A stretch of DNA of 64,000 bases from Haplodiscus bocki (lineage: Eukaryota), in NCBI GenBank assembly GCA_965655095.1, contig OZ296650.1:69068001-69132000 (forward strand), given 5' to 3'. Positions 60,530-64,000 of the stretch are shown piece after piece. The position numbers and the translations under genes were made by a program. A model generated the notes under the pieces. The model made no database searches. It was given only the letters and a program-made list of their open reading frames with translations, and had not been told where the DNA came from. Each line of letters starts with the position of its first letter. Positions within the stretch are counted from its first letter, which is position 1.

Positions 60530-62039
60530 TGAAGCATACACAGCGGTTGATGCTGCGAGCACGCAGTTGAGATTTGCTTCGGAGGAAGCTCACGGGATTC
60601 ATTCCACAACCCTGACTCCAACCACCCCAGACGCCCTAACTCAAAAAAAAACAACAGACTAAAAGCAACTTGCCCCTTGTGGAAGAAAACTTGGCCATAC
60701 CTCAGCCTCCTTCACAAGGAGCTTCTGGGAACGAATTCAAAACTATTCAGGAGAACTTCAACACCCTTTCTCAGTTCCAAAGAAATGCCTTATGCGAATG
60801 ACAAACAAGCTAACTGTCTCGTGGCCAGTGGTGCATTCAAGGATCCAGAGATCCAGTCTTCAACTCATCATGTCTTCAACTAATCATGATATTCATGAGA
60901 AAAAGTCCACTGGCCAAGTGTTCGCCAGGAGCTGCGCCAAATAGTGGCAGAGTTTCTTCCTCGTCATCATCAGAAAGATCTAGTGATCATCCCGGAACGA
61001 ATTCAAAAACTTCAGGCACCGGTTTGATAAAGTTGAAGTTTAAATCTTTGGTGTCTTAGTATTCAAATCTCCGATAGCAAGACCTTAAAGAATTTCTCAA
61101 AAACCTTTCCGGAAATTCCGCATTTTTGTTTTCACAACCCGTGAAATTCTCTCAGTATGTTGTTGTTCACTCCAAAGCCCCGAAACTTTTCGGTTAGTGA
61201 ATCGAACTCTACTATTCGACTGTTCAATATTTCGTTTTCATTGAAAACACGCATTTGCAGGAAAACAGTTGAGAAAATCCTGAAATTTCCATGGTGTACA
61301 TCTTAGCCGCAAGTTCCGGTCATCATGCGATAGATGCGTTAAGCCCTGAACAATTATCAAAGTACAAAGATGAAGTTTACTCGATCCCGGTCTAAGTCTT
61401 GAATGTAACGCAAAAAAATGTGTGAAACTTGCTTTTGAAGGATCTAAAAGATGAAACCAAGATTGTTGTTTGGCACGATGTGTTGAATTACAGCATTTGC
61501 ACATATCAAAGTTACAATTACCGACCGTTATCAGTACCGGATCTGAACGTATTGGAAATTCTTCAAAACAAACCCAGTGCTATTGTGCATTGCCAGCGAA
61601 ACAATACGCCCGATATATTTGACTCACATCAAGAATTAGAAAAGAAATTTTATTCAAGTATTCAGCATTCTGAAAGACTTAATATCCGTTAGGAAGAAGA
61701 TTGACTCCGATCTTTCCAATAAGGTTCCGGCTTTACTGCAGAGTTCCGAGATTGAAGAGAACATTCATCTTATCTTGCGGAAACAAAGCGATCTTTCCTC
61801 AATTACCGCTAACAGCCGGCCCAGTAAGCATGTCAGAAACGCTCGAAAGAATACAAGCGCCACTCCATTGCCTCCCTCCCCCCCCGCCTCTTTTCCGCTG
61901 TTGCTTTTGCGTCCAGATTTAGTTGACTGGTTGACTTCTCAACAGATTCAACAACCTTTTCAGGGCTGCGTCCACATTTCGTTGTCAAATTGTTACGTTG
62001 CATGGTAGTTCTCCCGCTTTCCGTTCGGCTAAGGGGTAG
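60530..62039 (+). mobile_element. Decayed repeat-like element carrying an SGNH/GDSL-like ORF and a 3' HDV-like ribozyme relic
   Basis: PGLSL...LLKDLKDETKIVVWHDVLNYSI...AIVHCQR...PDIFD (~61380-61690); a second ORF remnant upstream; ends GGCTAAGGGGTAG. Confidence 0.4.
61929..62039 (+). ncRNA. Degenerate HDV-like self-cleaving ribozyme
   Basis: P1 GGTTGAC / GTCAA(A)TT, P2 CTGC(G)TCC / GGGGTAG, L3-like TTTCGT, J4/2 GGCTAA as in the HDV antigenomic GGCUAAGGGAGAG; P1.1 and P4 are eroded. Confidence 0.4.
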
Positions 62040-64000
62040 TGTCAAAACTTCGCTGACCGGTTGAAATACTAAGGCCTTGGTAAACTTTCTTTACGTAACG
62101 CCTGATAGATCGTAACTACTTTTAACGAAACAAAAACAAACCAGTATCTCCTCTTTTGTTCAATTTCCCGCCTTAATTCAAGCATAAAACATTGAAAAAC
62201 GTTAGGAAACCGGAGTTTAGAGTTAAAATGACTAAACCACAACATGAAAAAAAGTATATTAAGGTGGTACTAAAGCGAAAGCAGAGCTGGAAAAGTACCA
62301 ACAACAGCTAAAGGAAGCAGTAGGAAACGCAAAAAGAAAAGTCAGAGTTGAACGTTTGGTTAATTCGTGTGAGGAAGCAAGGACCAAAGGATTTGGTAAT
62401 TACAAACAGATCTACACTTTCGCAGATGAAACTACAGACCCCAAAGCCATGAAAAACGATTTAGAAAGGTGGCTAAGTGACGTTAAGGTGAGAATGGGAA
62501 TTTGACAAAGCTAGTGAGCACGACGGTGGCCTTCCTCAAATGGAAAACATTTCAAAGTCTTCAGTTAAAACCGTTCAAAAAGCCAAGTGTGCTTCTCAGA
62601 CTTCCAGCACGTCTGCTTGCCCAATTTCTTTTCCAAGATATCTAACCAGCCACGAGAAATCCTTCTTCCAAAACTCTAACGCGATATTGAGAGTCGGAAT
62701 GAAAGTATGTTGCGTCTGATTCAACAAAAGCAAGAACATGCCTCCAGCGACTCACGCAGGAAAAACAGCGTCTGGAGCAAGAAGATCAAATGAAGAAAGA
62801 ACAAGCGTTGACGCTTAGTGCACTGGAGGAAGACAAAACAAGTAAATTGGCGTAAAAAACATGGACTGAATTAGAAGTTGGAGACGATGTGTTAGAAGAC
62901 TGCCAATCGTTTTGAGAGGCGTTGTCTAAACCTAGAGCGCACAGTCAGAATGTTAAATCGCTAAGCATGAGTAATTGGGTCATTAACGCTTCAAAAGTCT
63001 CAAACTTATTCAGGTACAAGGCTTTACCGTAAAATCGGACAAACTAGGATCTCAGAGCGGATAACTGAAGCCAAGCTTTACGTCAGCTGGAGTGCCCCAG
63101 GTCTTCAAAACAATCTCGAACAGTTCCTTACAACTACTGCAAGAGCGCCCAGGGTCTCTAACGGGGATTCCTTCCAACGTTGCGACTGGAATTAGTAGAC
63201 CTAACAATATTCCGCCTTTCGTTATTGTTCCTAATCTGACTGATTCGAAGCAGCCATTATTAAACAAGGCCCAACACTCCGTCCAACCGAATGCAACTCG
63301 ACCGCAACATGTACCAACAAATCCAGTTTGAGCAATTGGTGGCTCAACAGATATTTACTTCGCAACCAACCGTCCCAGCCATTCATATCTTGCCAAACCT
63401 GTCACCAGGGAGTTTTCCAACAACAAGAAGAAGTTCAGTGCCAAATGTTAACACATCTCAGTCGGCTTCACAAGGCCTTTTAGGAGCACCAAATATGAGT
63501 ACTGACAACGCTACAGTTTCACAAGTGGTTCCGGCAACAAATTGTGGCACTGTTTACTTGAATCCATTCTCAGTACCGAACGTTGTAGGAGGTACTATTC
63601 CAATTAATATTTCTTCAACAGCTCCAGTGAGAGTGGGAGGACTCAGTTGTACACGCCGGGTCTATTGCAACACCTCGACCGAAACCTAATGCTTTAAAAA
63701 TTTAGCTCACGTGCTTGCGTCCTCAAGGAAAGACGATCTGACCGAATAGAAACTAGCTCAATATAACCGAAATCCTCTGCAATGGCACGAGTGGTCCAGC
63801 CAGTCAAAGAACGCCATCGACTTGGCTCCACTAACAGACGATGCTAAATTGACGTACCTAAAGATTGCAGTGACCGGCAAGTCAAAGACAGATATTGCAG
63901 AGTTTGCATGCTGCGGAACTACGTACAAGGATGTGTGATAACACTGGAGCAGAAGTTCGGGCAGGCACAGGCAGTAGTGAGTGCTTACTTGTACAAACTC
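62040..64000 (+). mobile_element. BEL/Pao LTR retrotransposon 5' part (candidate LTR 62040-~62191; disrupted gag with DUF1759-type domain), continues past the window
   Basis: YNRNPLQWHEW...AID.APLTDDAKLTYLK..VTGKSK..IAEF....Y.D....LEQKFGQ.QAVVSAYL (63760-64000); Q/P/S/T-rich gag linker upstream; TG...CA candidate LTR is tentative. Confidence 0.85.

Overview
AT-rich eukaryotic DNA, probably from an invertebrate animal, with GT-AG spliceosomal introns; the species cannot be established from sequence alone. Two intact multi-exon host genes can be rebuilt on the minus strand with consistent splice phases: a GaaA-like (fungal D-galacturonate reductase-type) Gfo/Idh/MocA oxidoreductase (5 exons, 431 aa, 9974-15732) and WDR59/Sea3 of GATOR2 (7 exons, 1146 aa, 19096-44219). 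Much of the rest is decayed mobile DNA: a Polinton/adintovirus-like element (integrase, two Zn-ribbon paralogs, pPolB) at 1-~6.9 kb, a second pPolB lineage in WDR59 intron 5, a possible third at ~59 kb, a Penelope-like retroelement in an intron of the oxidoreductase, a CRE-type non-LTR relic, a BEL/Pao gag, three hAT elements with TSDs, Tc1/mariner-like MITEs and Helitron-like termini. Most unusual signals: a PHD-finger-like module inserted inside the Penelope RT; an unrecognised ~59-aa helical tandem-repeat coding relic at two loci; an element pairing an SGNH-like ORF with a decayed HDV-like ribozyme; a decayed ASCC3/Brr2-like helicase in a WDR59 intron; and a ~520-bp inverted duplication whose junctions fit two template switches. 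All family assignments come from motif recognition by eye; no searches were run.
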